DNA of 64,000 nt from an uncultured delta proteobacterium (GCA_963771175.1 CAVYSY010000031.1:96001-160000), one strand, 5' to 3'. Counted from the stretch's first letter, positions 52,841 through 63,219 are shown. Notes: generated by a model from the letters alone, not told the origin. Made by a program: numbers and translations.

Positions 52841-53526
52841 AGCTGCTGCTCGTCGAGGATGAGGAGAAGATGGCCCGGCTGCTGCAGCGGGGCCTGACCG
52901 AGGCAGGGCCACCAGGTGGACGTGTGCCAGCGGCGGCGAGGACGCGCTGGAGCAGGCGCGGCCGATCGCCTACGACGTGCGTGCTGCTCGACTGGGCGCT
53001 GCCGGACCTCGACGGGCTGGCGGTGCTGCGACGCTGGCGCGAGCAGGGCCTGCGCACGCCGGTGCTGATGCTCACCGCGCGGGGCACGGTCGGCGAGAAG
53101 GTGACCGGGCTGCGCGCGGGCGCCGACGACTACCTGGTGAAGCCCTTCGACTTCGAGGAGCTGCTGGCGCGGCTCGAGGCACTGCACCGCCGGGGCGACG
53201 CGCAGGGGCCGGCACAGCAGGTGGGCCCGCTGGTGCTGGACTCGCGGCGGCGGGTGCTGCGTCACGGGGAGCGGGAGGAGTCGCTCACCGCGCGCGAGTT
53301 CGCCCTCTGCTCCGAGCTGGCCAGCCACGTGGGCGAGGTGCTGTCGCGCTCGCACGCTGCTCAGCCACGTGTGGGGCGACAACTTCGACGGGCCGCCCAA
53401 CGTCGTGGACGTGTACGTGGGCTACCTGCGCGGCAAGCTGAAGAAGCTGGGGGTGGAGCCGAGGGTGTCCATCCAGACGGTGCGCGGGAGTGGGCTTCCG
53501 GCTGGTGGTGGAGGGGCGGCGGGTGA
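52837..53526 (+). CDS. OmpR-family response regulator with internal frameshifts
   Basis: [52 protein letters not shown] in another frame. Confidence 0.9.
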   Translation: MKLLLVEDEEKMARLLQRGLTEAGPPGGRVPAAARTRWSRRGRSPTTCVLLDWALPDLDGLAVLRRWREQGLRTPVLMLTARGTVGEKVTGLRAGADDYLVKPFDFEELLARLEALHRRGDAQGPAQQVGPLVLDSRRRVLRHGEREESLTAREFALCSELASHVGEVLSRSHAAQPRVGRQLRRAAQRRGRVRGLPARQAEEAGGGAEGVHPDGAREWASGWWWRGGG

Positions 53527-54913
53527 GGCTGGCGACGCGGCTGTGGTTGCTGGGCGCGCTGGTGCCCATGGCGGGCATCCTGCTGGCACTGCTGCTCGCG
53601 GAGTCGTTCTTCCAGTCCTGGCTGGCGCGCGAGGTGGACCGGGCGCTGCTCACGCAGGCCGCGGTGGAGGCGGTGAGCCTCTTCGACGGACCCGGAGGCA
53701 AGCCGCACCTGCACATGCGGCACTCGCCGCTGGAACAGGAGGTGCGCCCCTTCGCTCCGATGGCCGAGCTGTTCGGTCCGACGGGCCAGCGGCTGGTGGT
53801 CTATCCGTCCTCCGCCGAGGCCCCCCCGGGCCAACGCCCACGCCGCACCCACCGGGAGAGCCGCCTCGCTTCGAGACGGCGTCGGGCGCGGATGGAGCGC
53901 GGCTCCGGCAGCTCACCCTGGGAGTCAAGGCGCCGTCCGGCGAGGTGTACACGCTGCGGCTGTCGGCGTCGCTGGCGCAGCAGGACTCGGCGGTGAGCGC
54001 CTTCCGCACGGTGACGCTCTCGATGGCGGCGCTGCTGGGCGTGGTGCTGTTCGCGCTGCAGGCGTGGCAGGCGCGGTGGCTGGCCGGGCGGCTGAATCGG
54101 TTGCGAGGGCTCATCGGCCGGCTGCGCGAGGGCGTGCTGCCCGAGTCCTCGCGGAAGGGGACCCGCGAGGACGAGGTGTCCGAGGTGGAGGGCGCACTGC
54201 ACGAGGCGTCGGAGCGGCTCAACGAGGCGCGCGAGGCCCAGGAGCAGCTCATCGCCCGAGCGGCGCACGAGCTGCGCACGCCGCTGGCGTTGATGCGCAC
54301 GAGCCTGGACCTGGCGCTGTGGAAGGAGCGAGACGCGAACTCGCTGCGAGAGGCGCTGGAGGAGACGCGGCGCGAGGTGGAGCGGCTGAGCGCGCTGGCG
54401 GGCAACCTGCTGGACCTGGCCTCGTTCGGACGAGGGGGCTGGGAGGTGCGAGCGGGAGACCTGCGCGAGGTGGTGGAGGACGCGGCCGCCGCGGCCCGCG
54501 CCGAGGCCGAGGGACGGGGTGTCTGGATGATGGTGGAGGGCCCCGAGACGGCGCCCTGTACCTTCCATGCGGCCTCGGTGAGGCAGGCGGTGGACAACCT
54601 GCTGGCGAACGCCCTGCGGTACGCGCCGAAGGGGACGGAGCTCTCCGTGCGACTGATGCGCGAGGCGACTCGGTGGAGGCTCTCGGTGCGAGACCGGGGC
54701 CCGGGTATTCCGGTGGAGCACCGGGAGGCGGTGTTCCTACCCTTCCACCGGGTGGAGCCGACGGGCGCGGGGACGGGGCTGGGACTGGCGGTGGTGCAGG
54801 AGGTGGCGAAGCGCCACGGAGGCCGGGCCTGGGTGGCGGAGGTGGAGGGGCCGGGCGCCGAGCTGGTGCTGGAGCTCCCCGCGGAGGGACCCGCCACGAC
54901 CACCGCCGCGTGA
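53523..54913 (+). CDS. sensor histidine kinase; frameshift near 53830-53860
   Basis: N-terminal TM in ORF 53490-53996; AAHELRTPL, NLLANALRY, DRGPG, GTGLGL in ORF 53369-54913. Confidence 0.9.
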
Positions 54914-55090
54914 GGGTCCTCTCTCCCTGGGCGTCGGAATCCGCACGAGCTCGACTGAAGTGAGAGCGGATGGGCGAGCCCCTGGCTTATCATCCGCGAC
55001 GCGGGCGGGGTCCCGACTTGCTCCTGGCACTCCCCGCCCCACCCTGACCCTATGGGGCCCTCGCCCCAGTCCTTTCCCGGAGGAGCGGAC

Positions 55091-55522
55091 GTGATCAAGC
55101 ACATCCTCGTCGCCATCGATGGCTCGGAGAGCTCGCGCAAGGCGGCGCGCTTCGCCCATGACCTGGCGCAGCAGACGAACTCTCGCATCACCCTCCTCTT
55201 CGTGCTCGAGCCCCCTCGGATGCTCCCCGTCGGGTTCATGGACGCGGAGCTCATCTCCGGCCCCCAGCGAACCCCCGAGGAGCTGGAGGCAGTGCGGCGC
55301 ATGCTGGACGAGGTGGCCGCGGACCTGCCCAAGGCCCAGGTGGACAAGGTGGTGGAGATTGGCCGTCCCGCCGACACCATCGTGGCCCAGGCCGATGCGC
55401 TGGGCGCGGACCACATCGTCATTGGCGCCCGCGGCCTCAACCCCGGTGGCAAGTGGCTGCTCGGCTCGGTCAGTGACAGGGTGGTCCAGCACGCGGGCCG
55501 CCCCGTCACCGTGGTGCACTGA
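55091..55522 (+). CDS. universal stress protein
   Basis: ILVAIDGS, GRPADTI, IVIGARG, LLGSVSDRVV; GTG start after GGAGGA. Confidence 0.95.
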   Translation: MIKHILVAIDGSESSRKAARFAHDLAQQTNSRITLLFVLEPPRMLPVGFMDAELISGPQRTPEELEAVRRMLDEVAADLPKAQVDKVVEIGRPADTIVAQADALGADHIVIGARGLNPGGKWLLGSVSDRVVQHAGRPVTVVH

Positions 55523-55562
55523 CCCGAGGCGAATCCAGCACGGGGAGCGTAGGCTCCGTGGG

Positions 55563-57377
55563 ATGACCCGGCTCCTCGTCCTCCTGCTCCTGGCGGCCTG
55601 TGCGACGCCTCCGCGTCCCCTGCCCTCCGCTCCCCCGGTGCTCCCCTCCCCGGAGCCGCCCCGGCCCCTCCTCCGCGTCTACCGGCAGCTCCCTGGCGGA
55701 GTGTCCTCCGAGTGGGGCGTGTTGCCGCCGGGCTCCGCGAACGCCGAGCTGCTCCCAACGGGCCCCTGGTACGCCGAGCCCCTCGCGCCCGTGCGCACCG
55801 AGGCGGAGGCCCTCGCGCTGGCCTCCGTGCTGCACGAGCACCACGTTCCGGGTCTGGCCTTCGGGGAGGTGGCGCTGCCCGAGCCTGCCATCCTCGCGCG
55901 ACTCATCGAGGGCACCTCGCTCACGACCCTCCTCCTCGCGGACACGCCCTTCACCGATGCGCACCTCGCCGCCCTGCGTGGACTGGAGACCCTGGAGTCC
56001 CTGCACCTCGCGCGCACACAGGTGACGAACGCGGGGCTCATCCACCTGGAGGGAAGAACCCGCCTCGCGGAGCTGGTGCTGAACGAGACCGCCGTGTCGC
56101 ACCGGGGCATGGAGTCCCTCGCCCGCCTCACCGGGTTGCGCCGGCTCGGGCTCGGGAGCACGGCCGTTGGGACCCAGGGGCTCGACTTCCTCGCCGGACT
56201 CGCCGACCTGGAGTGGCTCGACCTCTCCGACACCGTGGTGGATGACCCCCTGCTCGCCCTGCTGCCCGGTACGCACCTGCGCACGCTCATCCTCAGCGGA
56301 ACCAGCATCACCGACGCGGGACTCGTCGCGCTCCAACGGATGCCGGAACTGGAAGAGCTCGGGCTGGCGAGGACCACCACCTCCGACACGGGACTGGCCC
56401 ACGTGCTCGGGCTGCATGCACTGAAGGCACTCCACCTCGGAAACTCCCGTGTGTCGGACGCGGGGCTGAAGCACCTCGCCGGGCTCACCTCCCTGCGAGC
56501 CCTGGTGCTCAGCAAGACGCACGTTGGAGGCACGGGGCTCCGCTGGCTCGGCGGACTCGAACGCCTGGAGGTGCTCCACCTCGATGACACCCCCGTCACC
56601 GATGCCGGGCTCCGACACCTCGCCTCTCTTCGAAGGCTGCGCGAGTTGGACCTCTCGCGAACGGCCGTCACCGGGGCAGGGCTCGGAGTCGTCGGAGGCT
56701 TCACCCTGCTGGAGACCCTCAACCTCTCCGGGCTGGCGCTCGAAGAGGCTTCGCTGGAGGCGCTCGCGCCGCTCCAGGTACTGGCCCGGCTCGACCTGAG
56801 CAGCACTCCCCTCACCGCCGAGGGCCTGCGCCGGCTGGGCCCACGCGAAGCACTGCGCCACCTCGACCTGAGCCGCACCCGCCTCGACGATGGCTGGCTC
56901 GCCGGGCTCCAGGCCTTTCCTCACCTCCAATCCCTGCACCTCGTGCGGACGCAGGTGACGGACCCGGGGCTCGAACAGCTCGCCGCGCTGAAGGAGTTGG
57001 AGACGCTCTACCTGCGTGCCAATCCCATCCACGGCACCGGACTGTCCGCGCTCGAAAGACTGCATCGCCTCACGGCCCTGGACCTGGGCGGCACGTTCGT
57101 GGACGACTCGGGCACGCAGGCGCTCTCGCGGCTCGGACGGCTCTCCTGGTTGAGCCTCGCGCGGACCCGGGTGACGGACGCGAGCCTCGTCCACCTGCCC
57201 CGCTCGCTGCGCACGCTGTACCTCACGCGCAACCCGGTGACGGACGCGGGCATGGCCTCGGTCCTCCAGCTTCCCCTGCTCCGCGAACTCGACCTGCGCG
57301 GCACGAACGTGTCCGCTGAAGTGCAGGCCCGGCTGACTCGGGAGCACGGCGTGCGGCTCATGTCCGCTACGCCTTGA
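55563..57377 (+). CDS. leucine-rich-repeat lipoprotein
   Basis: LAAC lipobox and about 20 repeats of roughly 24 aa, LxxLxLxxTxVTDxGLxxL. Confidence 0.9.
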   Translation: MTRLLVLLLLAACATPPRPLPSAPPVLPSPEPPRPLLRVYRQLPGGVSSEWGVLPPGSANAELLPTGPWYAEPLAPVRTEAEALALASVLHEHHVPGLAFGEVALPEPAILARLIEGTSLTTLLLADTPFTDAHLAALRGLETLESLHLARTQVTNAGLIHLEGRTRLAELVLNETAVSHRGMESLARLTGLRRLGLGSTAVGTQGLDFLAGLADLEWLDLSDTVVDDPLLALLPGTHLRTLILSGTSITDAGLVALQRMPELEELGLARTTTSDTGLAHVLGLHALKALHLGNSRVSDAGLKHLAGLTSLRALVLSKTHVGGTGLRWLGGLERLEVLHLDDTPVTDAGLRHLASLRRLRELDLSRTAVTGAGLGVVGGFTLLETLNLSGLALEEASLEALAPLQVLARLDLSSTPLTAEGLRRLGPREALRHLDLSRTRLDDGWLAGLQAFPHLQSLHLVRTQVTDPGLEQLAALKELETLYLRANPIHGTGLSALERLHRLTALDLGGTFVDDSGTQALSRLGRLSWLSLARTRVTDASLVHLPRSLRTLYLTRNPVTDAGMASVLQLPLLRELDLRGTNVSAEVQARLTREHGVRLMSATP

Positions 57378-57398
57378 ACGTGTCCTCTCTCCCGCGAG

Positions 57399-59585
57399 TC
57401 ACGGCCCCGCGGGAGCCGCGACCGGAGCGGAGGTCGGGGCCGGCTCATTGACCATGCCTTCCAAGTCCACCCCGAACGCCCGGACGACCTGCAGCACGCT
57501 GCTGCGATCGTCCGTCCACCGCACCCGAGGAGGCCCGGAGAGCATGGGCCGCTGCAGCCGGTCTTCCTCTCGCAGGAAGGTGTCCCCGCGGGAGAAGCTC
57601 ACCTCCGGGCTGAGCAACAACCAGATGCTGCGGTTCGCGTTCTCCGACGGCTCCGTCGCCACCTGCGTGGCGTGCAGTCCCAAGGTCCGCGCGTGCGCCA
57701 GGGCGACGGGCCGCAGGTCCAGGTGCAGGCTGCTGATGTGCAGCGCCAGCACTCCCCCGGGCGCCAGGTGCTTGCGATAGACGGCCACCGCCTCCTCGGT
57801 AAGCAGGTGGACGGGGATGGAGTCCGAGCTGAAGACATCCACCGCGAGCACGTCGAAGCCCTGCCCCTGGCCCCGCTCCAATTCCTGCTCGAGCAGGAGC
57901 CGCGCGTCTCCCTCCACCACCTCCACCCGCGCCGGCGTGTCGTGCAGGAAGGAGAAGTAGCCGCCCTCGCCCTGGGCCAGGGCGATGATCTGCGGGTCGA
58001 TCTCATAGAAGCGGAAGGTGTCCCCGGAGCGCCCCAGCGCGGCCGATGTCCCCACGCCGAGCCCCAGCACTCCCACGCGCAGCGAGGACGGCAGCCCCGC
58101 GGCCTCCTTGAGACGTCGCTGCTCGGCGAGTGCCAGTCCCAGCCCGCTCTCGGGCGTGTAGTAGGCCGTGGGCCGCATCCGCCGCTCCGGATGGGTGTAC
58201 TGGTAGCCGTGCAGGATGATGCCGTGCCGCAACATCACCACGTGGCCCACGTCGTTGCGGTCCGGCGTCTCCGCCACGTACACCACGCCGAAGAAGCCGC
58301 GCCAGGCCGCGATGAAGGGACGGGTGTCCGAGATGGCCAGCCCGAGGAGTCCGGCCACCAGGAGCAGCAGCAGGGCCGGCACGAAGCGGAGGGCGGCCCG
58401 GGACACGGACTCGCCGGGGGCGCGGCGCACCAGGACGAGCGCCGCCAGCAGGCAGCAGGCGCCCAGTGCGAGCGGGTACTCCAGATAGAAGCGGAAGAGG
58501 CGCGGGGCCACCAGATGGACGAAGGCGCCGCCGACCACGCCCCCCACGGACACCCAGAGGTAGAAGGCGCCCAGGTAACGAGGCGGGGGCCGCAGCCGGT
58601 ACAGCTCGCCGTGGCACAGCAAGCACCCGGAGAAGAGGGCCGCCGAGTGGACGAGCAGCTGCAAGGGCAACGGGGCGTTGCCATCCATATAGGTGGCGCT
58701 CACCACCCCGCCCACGGCCAGCAGCAGCAGCACCGCGGTGAGGGGGCGCGAGTAGAGCGCCTCGCGCTCGAAGGCGATGATGAAGGTGAGGAGGTACAGG
58801 GCCAGCGGCAGCACCCAGACGAAGGGTCCGGCCGACACGTCCTGCGAGAGCTGGTTCGTCGCGCCCAGCAGCAGCACCGAGGCACACCCGCTCAGCCCCA
58901 GCCACGCCAGGGTGCGCCCCCACCCCGGAGCGGCTCCGCCGTCCGCCGCCACCTCGCCCGCGGCCACCGGCGCCGCCTCCAGGCGCAGCACCCCCCGAGC
59001 ACACACCACGCAGCCCCCGGCGAAGAGGAGGAAACCCGCCGCCCACACCCAGGCCTGTACGCCGCGCCCCAGCCAGGGCTCGACGAGGAAGGGGTAGGCC
59101 AGCAGCGCCAGCAGCGAGCCCGCGTTGGAGAGGGCGTAGAGGCGGTAGGGCGAGACACCCGGTCGCATCCGGCTGAACCAGCTCTGCAGCAGCGGCGCGG
59201 TGGTGGACAGCGTGAAGAAGGGCAGCCCCAGCGTGACCGCCAACATGGCCAGCAACCGAGCCGTGGAGATGGCATCCGCCGCGGGGCGCCACTCGGGACC
59301 GGGCGCCACCGGCGAGCCCCCCCACAGCGCGCGTCCACCCAGCACCGCCACCGTCAATCCCAGCAGGGCCAGGTGCACCTGCGCCTGTCGCCTTGGGGCC
59401 AGCCAGCGGACACTGGCATACGAATAGGCATACCCGCCCAGGAGCATCGCCTGGAAGAAGAGCATGCACGTGGTCCACACCGCCGGCGTGCCGCCGAACC
59501 ACGGCAGCGCGTACTTGCCCGCGAGCGGCTGCACTCCGAAGAGCAGGAAGGCGCCGAGAAAGAGGGTGGCGGCGTAGGGCTGCAT
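57399..59585 (-). CDS. multi-TM protein fused to a spermidine synthase-like SAM-binding domain
   Basis: LLFGVQP, FGGTPAVW, YRLYALSNAGS; C-terminal LGLGVG, YEIDP, GDAR, DVFSSDSIPVHLLT, WTDD. Confidence 0.85.
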   Translation of the reverse strand: MQPYAATLFLGAFLLFGVQPLAGKYALPWFGGTPAVWTTCMLFFQAMLLGGYAYSYASVRWLAPRRQAQVHLALLGLTVAVLGGRALWGGSPVAPGPEWRPAADAISTARLLAMLAVTLGLPFFTLSTTAPLLQSWFSRMRPGVSPYRLYALSNAGSLLALLAYPFLVEPWLGRGVQAWVWAAGFLLFAGGCVVCARGVLRLEAAPVAAGEVAADGGAAPGWGRTLAWLGLSGCASVLLLGATNQLSQDVSAGPFVWVLPLALYLLTFIIAFEREALYSRPLTAVLLLLAVGGVVSATYMDGNAPLPLQLLVHSAALFSGCLLCHGELYRLRPPPRYLGAFYLWVSVGGVVGGAFVHLVAPRLFRFYLEYPLALGACCLLAALVLVRRAPGESVSRAALRFVPALLLLLVAGLLGLAISDTRPFIAAWRGFFGVVYVAETPDRNDVGHVVMLRHGIILHGYQYTHPERRMRPTAYYTPESGLGLALAEQRRLKEAAGLPSSLRVGVLGLGVGTSAALGRSGDTFRFYEIDPQIIALAQGEGGYFSFLHDTPARVEVVEGDARLLLEQELERGQGQGFDVLAVDVFSSDSIPVHLLTEEAVAVYRKHLAPGGVLALHISSLHLDLRPVALAHARTLGLHATQVATEPSENANRSIWLLLSPEVSFSRGDTFLREEDRLQRPMLSGPPRVRWTDDRSSVLQVVRAFGVDLEGMVNEPAPTSAPVAAPAGP

Positions 59586-59627
59586 GAGGCTCGGAGCGTA
59601 CTATGCTGAAGTCTCCGACCTCCCGCC

Positions 59628-60764
59628 ATGGCCCAGACCTCGGTCCTTCCCTCCGCTCCGCTCGCCCCTCCCGAGCCCGCGCCGCTCTCGCCGGTGCCCG
59701 CCCCCGCCCGGTCGAAGTCGGCCTTCATCGTCGGGCCGCTCTATGACGGGCTGCTCTTCATCTTCAGCCCGCTGCTGGCGCTCGCGCTGGGGTGGGTCGT
59801 CTCGCCCTGGCACATGAATGGAGACACCGTCTCCTTCTTCGGGTCGCCGGTGAGCTTCATCAGCCTGGCCTCCGCCAGCTTCATCCATGCCCACCTGTTC
59901 GCGGTGTTCTTCCGCAGCCACGGCAACCGCGACGTCTACCAGCGCTTCCGGTGGCGCTTCACCCTCATCCCCCTCGGCATCTTCCTCGGGCTGGTGGTGT
60001 CGCCCTGGCTGCTGATGTTCAGCACCATCGTCAACACGGTGTGGGACGTCTACCACTCGAGCATGCAGAACTTCGGGCTGGGCCGCATCTACGACATGAA
60101 GCGCGGGGCCAACCCGGAGGTGGGCCGCACCCTCGACATCTGGATGAGCCACGTCCTCTACATCGGGCCCATCCTCTCCTCCAGCGTGACGCTGGCCGTC
60201 CACCTCGACTCCTTCAAGGAGCTCAACCGCGTCGGCAGCCACCTCTTCGACGTCGTCCCGCTGTGGGGCTCGAAATACCAGTGGATGCTCGCGGGCGGCT
60301 CGCTCGGCGCGGGCCTGACCTACACCGCCTACTACATCTTCTCGTACGTGCGGCTCGCCCGCCGGGGCGTGCCCATCTCCACGCAGAAGGTGCTGCTCTA
60401 CGCGTCCACCGCCCTGGTGAGCCTCCTGGGTTGGGGCTTCAACTCGTTCGGTGAGGGCTTCCTCATCCTCAACTTCTTCCACGCGCTGCAGTACTTCGCC
60501 ATCGTGTGGTGGGCCGAGCAGGAGAACCTCCCGCGCCTCTTCCGCGTCGAGGGCCGGCGCTGGGCGAAACCCTCCGCGCTGCTGCTCTTCCTGCTCGTGC
60601 CGATGCTCTACGGCGTGCTGCTCGGCTTCGGCGCCAACTACCTCGCGCCCAAGGGCCTGGAGCTCAACGTGTGCATGGCCCTCGTCAACACGGTGGCCAT
60701 GATGCACTTCTGGTACGACGGCTTCGTCTGGAGCGTGCGCAAGAAGGCCGTGCCCACCACCTGA
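59628..60764 (+). CDS. uncharacterised polytopic membrane protein with His motifs
   Basis: About 9-10 hydrophobic segments; HAHLFAVFFRSH, YHSSMQNFG, HALQYF, HFWYDG. Confidence 0.75.
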   Translation: MAQTSVLPSAPLAPPEPAPLSPVPAPARSKSAFIVGPLYDGLLFIFSPLLALALGWVVSPWHMNGDTVSFFGSPVSFISLASASFIHAHLFAVFFRSHGNRDVYQRFRWRFTLIPLGIFLGLVVSPWLLMFSTIVNTVWDVYHSSMQNFGLGRIYDMKRGANPEVGRTLDIWMSHVLYIGPILSSSVTLAVHLDSFKELNRVGSHLFDVVPLWGSKYQWMLAGGSLGAGLTYTAYYIFSYVRLARRGVPISTQKVLLYASTALVSLLGWGFNSFGEGFLILNFFHALQYFAIVWWAEQENLPRLFRVEGRRWAKPSALLLFLLVPMLYGVLLGFGANYLAPKGLELNVCMALVNTVAMMHFWYDGFVWSVRKKAVPTT

Positions 60765-60793
60765 GGCGGCGAGGGGCCACGGCCCCGTGCCTC

Positions 60794-62374
60794 TCAGCGC
60801 CTCGCCACGCGCTTCATCGCCTCCTGGATGAGGTCCACGTACTGCCGGTTCTTCGGGTTCAGCTTGAAGGCCTTGCGGTACGCGTCCTCGGCCTGCGTCC
60901 ACTGGCCCTCGCCGCGCGACACCTCGCCCGTGAAGAACCACGCCTCCTCGCACCCGGGCTCCTGCCTCGACACCTCCTGGAGCTCCTGCAGCGCCAGCTT
61001 GCCGTGCGACTCGGGCTTCATCAGGTAGCGCGCCCACGCCCGGTAGGCCCGGTAGATGGGCTTCGGGTCGATGTCGCACGCGTACTCGAGGTACTCGAAG
61101 GCGCCCGCGTAGTTCTCCGCCTTCAGCCGCTTCATCGCCTCGTCGTACTGCGTGCGCGCGTCCAGCAGGTCCGTGCGGATGCGGAACTGCTCCGCCGTCG
61201 ACGGCCTGCCCGTTCCCACCTTCTTCTCCCGCGCCGCCGCCCGCCGCTTGCGCCACAGCGCCGCCTGCTCCACCTCGGACAGCGCCCCGTACGCCCGCGC
61301 GTACCCCACCAGCAGCGCCTCCGCCTTCTCCTTCAGGTCCGCCGTCTGGAAGCGCAGCGGCGAGTACTTGTCCGCCAGCGCGAGGAACGCCTTGCGCAGC
61401 GCCACCGGCTGCACGTCCTCCGGCACGCCCAGCAGGTCGAATGGATCCTGGCTCCGGTGTGACATGAAGGCGCTCAGCAGCGCGTTCTTCACCGCGTCGT
61501 CGTCATCCGAGAACGGCATCGCCGTGGGGCCCGTCGCCTGCGCGAGCGCCGCGGGGTCCACCGTCGCCACGCCCATCCCCGGCGGAGGCGTCAGGGCCGG
61601 AGCCAGCATGAGCGCCGGAGCCGCCGCCGCGGGCTGCGGTCGCTGGTCCACCTCCTCGATGAAGTCCGCCAACCCCAGCACGCAGAAGGCATAGAGCCGG
61701 CGCAGCGTGGAGTCGGTGTCCAGGCCCGAGCGCGCCATCAACTCCGGGAAGGTGGGCCGGAAGCGCAGCGCCTGGAAGAGCCGAGCGTCCTTCGAGGACA
61801 GCTTCGGCCCCTCCACCACCGGCACCTGCGCGAAGCGGCCGGTCATCCGTGAAGGTGAAGTGCGGTGGCCACCTCGTCGAAGGGCATGACGTTGGCCACG
61901 CCCGTGAGGATCAGCTGCGCGGTGTTCATCCGCACGCTGGTGTCCGGCGTCTCGATGTCGGCGATGAGCCGGTAGCGCGCGTCCGTCCAGCGGAAGCAGT
62001 CCAGCAGGCTCATCGCCATGTTCGGCCTGCATCTGCTTGTAGAGGTCGAACGGGCTGATGAGCCCCTTCTGCACCAGCAGCGCGCTCATGGGGACGTCCG
62101 TCTGCACGCTCTCAGCGAGCGCCTTCTGGTAGTCCGTCTCCGAGAGCTTCCCCTTCTCCACCAGGAACTTGCCCAGCGTCTCGTGCAGCAGGTTGCTGAC
62201 GCACGCCACCGGCGCCCCGTCCTCGAAGGTGATGCGCTTCTCGCGCTGGCGCACCTTGAGTTCCAGCGTGCACGTGCGCTCCTCCACGGCCAGCGCGTGC
62301 AGCAACAGCGGGAAGGGAGTCTCGGCGAGCGCCCCCTCGCGCTGCCTCAGGACCTGAGCGGGGGTGGAGAACAT
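60794..62374 (-). CDS. DUF4388 + J-like + TPR protein; compensating frameshifts at about 62025-61850
   Basis: EGALAETPFPLLLHAL, ETLGKFLVEKG; DPFDLLGV J-like helices; C-terminal TPR (AYRKAFKLNP). Confidence 0.8.
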   Translation of the reverse strand: MFSTPAQVLRQREGALAETPFPLLLHALAVEERTCTLELKVRQREKRITFEDGAPVACVSNLLHETLGKFLVEKGKLSETDYQKALAESVQTDVPMSALLVQKGLISPFDLYKQMQAEHGDEPAGLLPLDGRALPAHRRHRDAGHQRADEHRAADPHGRGQRHALRRGGHRTSPSRMTGRFAQVPVVEGPKLSSKDARLFQALRFRPTFPELMARSGLDTDSTLRRLYAFCVLGLADFIEEVDQRPQPAAAAPALMLAPALTPPPGMGVATVDPAALAQATGPTAMPFSDDDDAVKNALLSAFMSHRSQDPFDLLGVPEDVQPVALRKAFLALADKYSPLRFQTADLKEKAEALLVGYARAYGALSEVEQAALWRKRRAAAREKKVGTGRPSTAEQFRIRTDLLDARTQYDEAMKRLKAENYAGAFEYLEYACDIDPKPIYRAYRAWARYLMKPESHGKLALQELQEVSRQEPGCEEAWFFTGEVSRGEGQWTQAEDAYRKAFKLNPKNRQYVDLIQEAMKRVARR

Positions 62375-62456
62375 AGGGCGCGCAGTCTAGAGGCTCGCCC
62401 CCGTCCCCCACCAACCCCATCCGCTCGGCTGGATGCAGGGCCGGATGGTGGGCCCC

Positions 62457-62559
62457 CCTCACTTCTGGACGTCCAGAAGTGAGGTCCACTCGTCGTCGAC
62501 CACGAGTGATGTGGGCATTCACCCCACATCACTTCTGGACGTCCAGAAGTGAGGTCCAC
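62457..62559. repeat. REP/BIME-like nested palindromic element
   Basis: Perfect palindromes at 62457-62484 (28 bp) and 62529-62552 (24 bp), core TCACTTCTGGACGTCCAGAAGTGA, separated by two further hairpins. Confidence 0.85.
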
Positions 62560-62571
62560 GGCGGCACCTGG

Positions 62572-63219
62572 TCACACCCGGGTGCCCATCACCTTGGCGG
62601 CCCAGCCGCGCGTCTCTTCGCCCACATGCTTCATCAACGAGTCGAAGCGCCCCGCGCGCATCAACTCCACCAACCGCTCGTCCCGCGCGAGAATTTCGGT
62701 CGCGTCCCAGGGAAAACTGAGTTCTGATTCCTCCGACTCCTGGTAGCGAGGGTGTGAGACTTGTACTTCCAGGTAGCGCGCAATGGTGTCGAAGAATTGA
62801 TCCACGTTCGAGGCCACTGGCATGACCTTGGGCTCGTATTCGTAGGTATCCACCATCACTACAGGCTGCCGACCCCATGCGTCCGCGAGGACAGGCACAG
62901 TGGCATAGGTGTAGACATCACCACCAAAGACAATCACGGGTGCACCCAACTCTCCCCACCACTCCTCTCGCCACCATTTGTTATCCTTCTCCAGCCCGTG
63001 CTCATTGTCGTCGCTTTGATTGAGCGCCAGAGCCAAGAGCTTGGTAGCAAACACCGCGTGCCCCATGCGGGCATAGACGCTCGCCAGCACCGGGTCGAAT
63101 GGAAGGCCCTCCAACAAGCTCCCAGCCCTCAAGGGTTTCCGAGCGGGCGGCGAAGTCCTCAATCCCAGATTCAACCGCTTGCATACATCCATCAGCCGCT
63201 CCAAACCGGGCAGAGCCAT
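62572..63219 (-). CDS. SMI1/KNR4 (SUKH)-like putative immunity protein, paralog 1
   Basis: DPVLASVYARMG, VIVFG, GRQPVV, PVASNVDQFF; AGGAG RBS. Confidence 0.7.
   Translation of the reverse strand: MALPGLERLMDVCKRLNLGLRTSPPARKPLRAGSLLEGLPFDPVLASVYARMGHAVFATKLLALALNQSDDNEHGLEKDNKWWREEWWGELGAPVIVFGGDVYTYATVPVLADAWGRQPVVMVDTYEYEPKVMPVASNVDQFFDTIARYLEVQVSHPRYQESEESELSFPWDATEILARDERLVELMRAGRFDSLMKHVGEETRGWAAKVMGTRV

Noticed and set aside
49662..52862. Apparently intact 1066-aa RND permease ORF
   Set aside because: The single frame alternates real CzcA motifs with out-of-frame text; it is open by chance.
55563..57377. LRR lipoprotein as a novel system
   Set aside because: This LRR type is common in large-genome bacteria, and no informative partner gene is adjacent.
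62459..62559. Mini-CRISPR array (31-bp repeat, 39-bp spacer)
   Set aside because: Only two repeats, a perfect loop-less palindrome, a self-folding spacer and no cas genes in the window; fits a REP-like element better.
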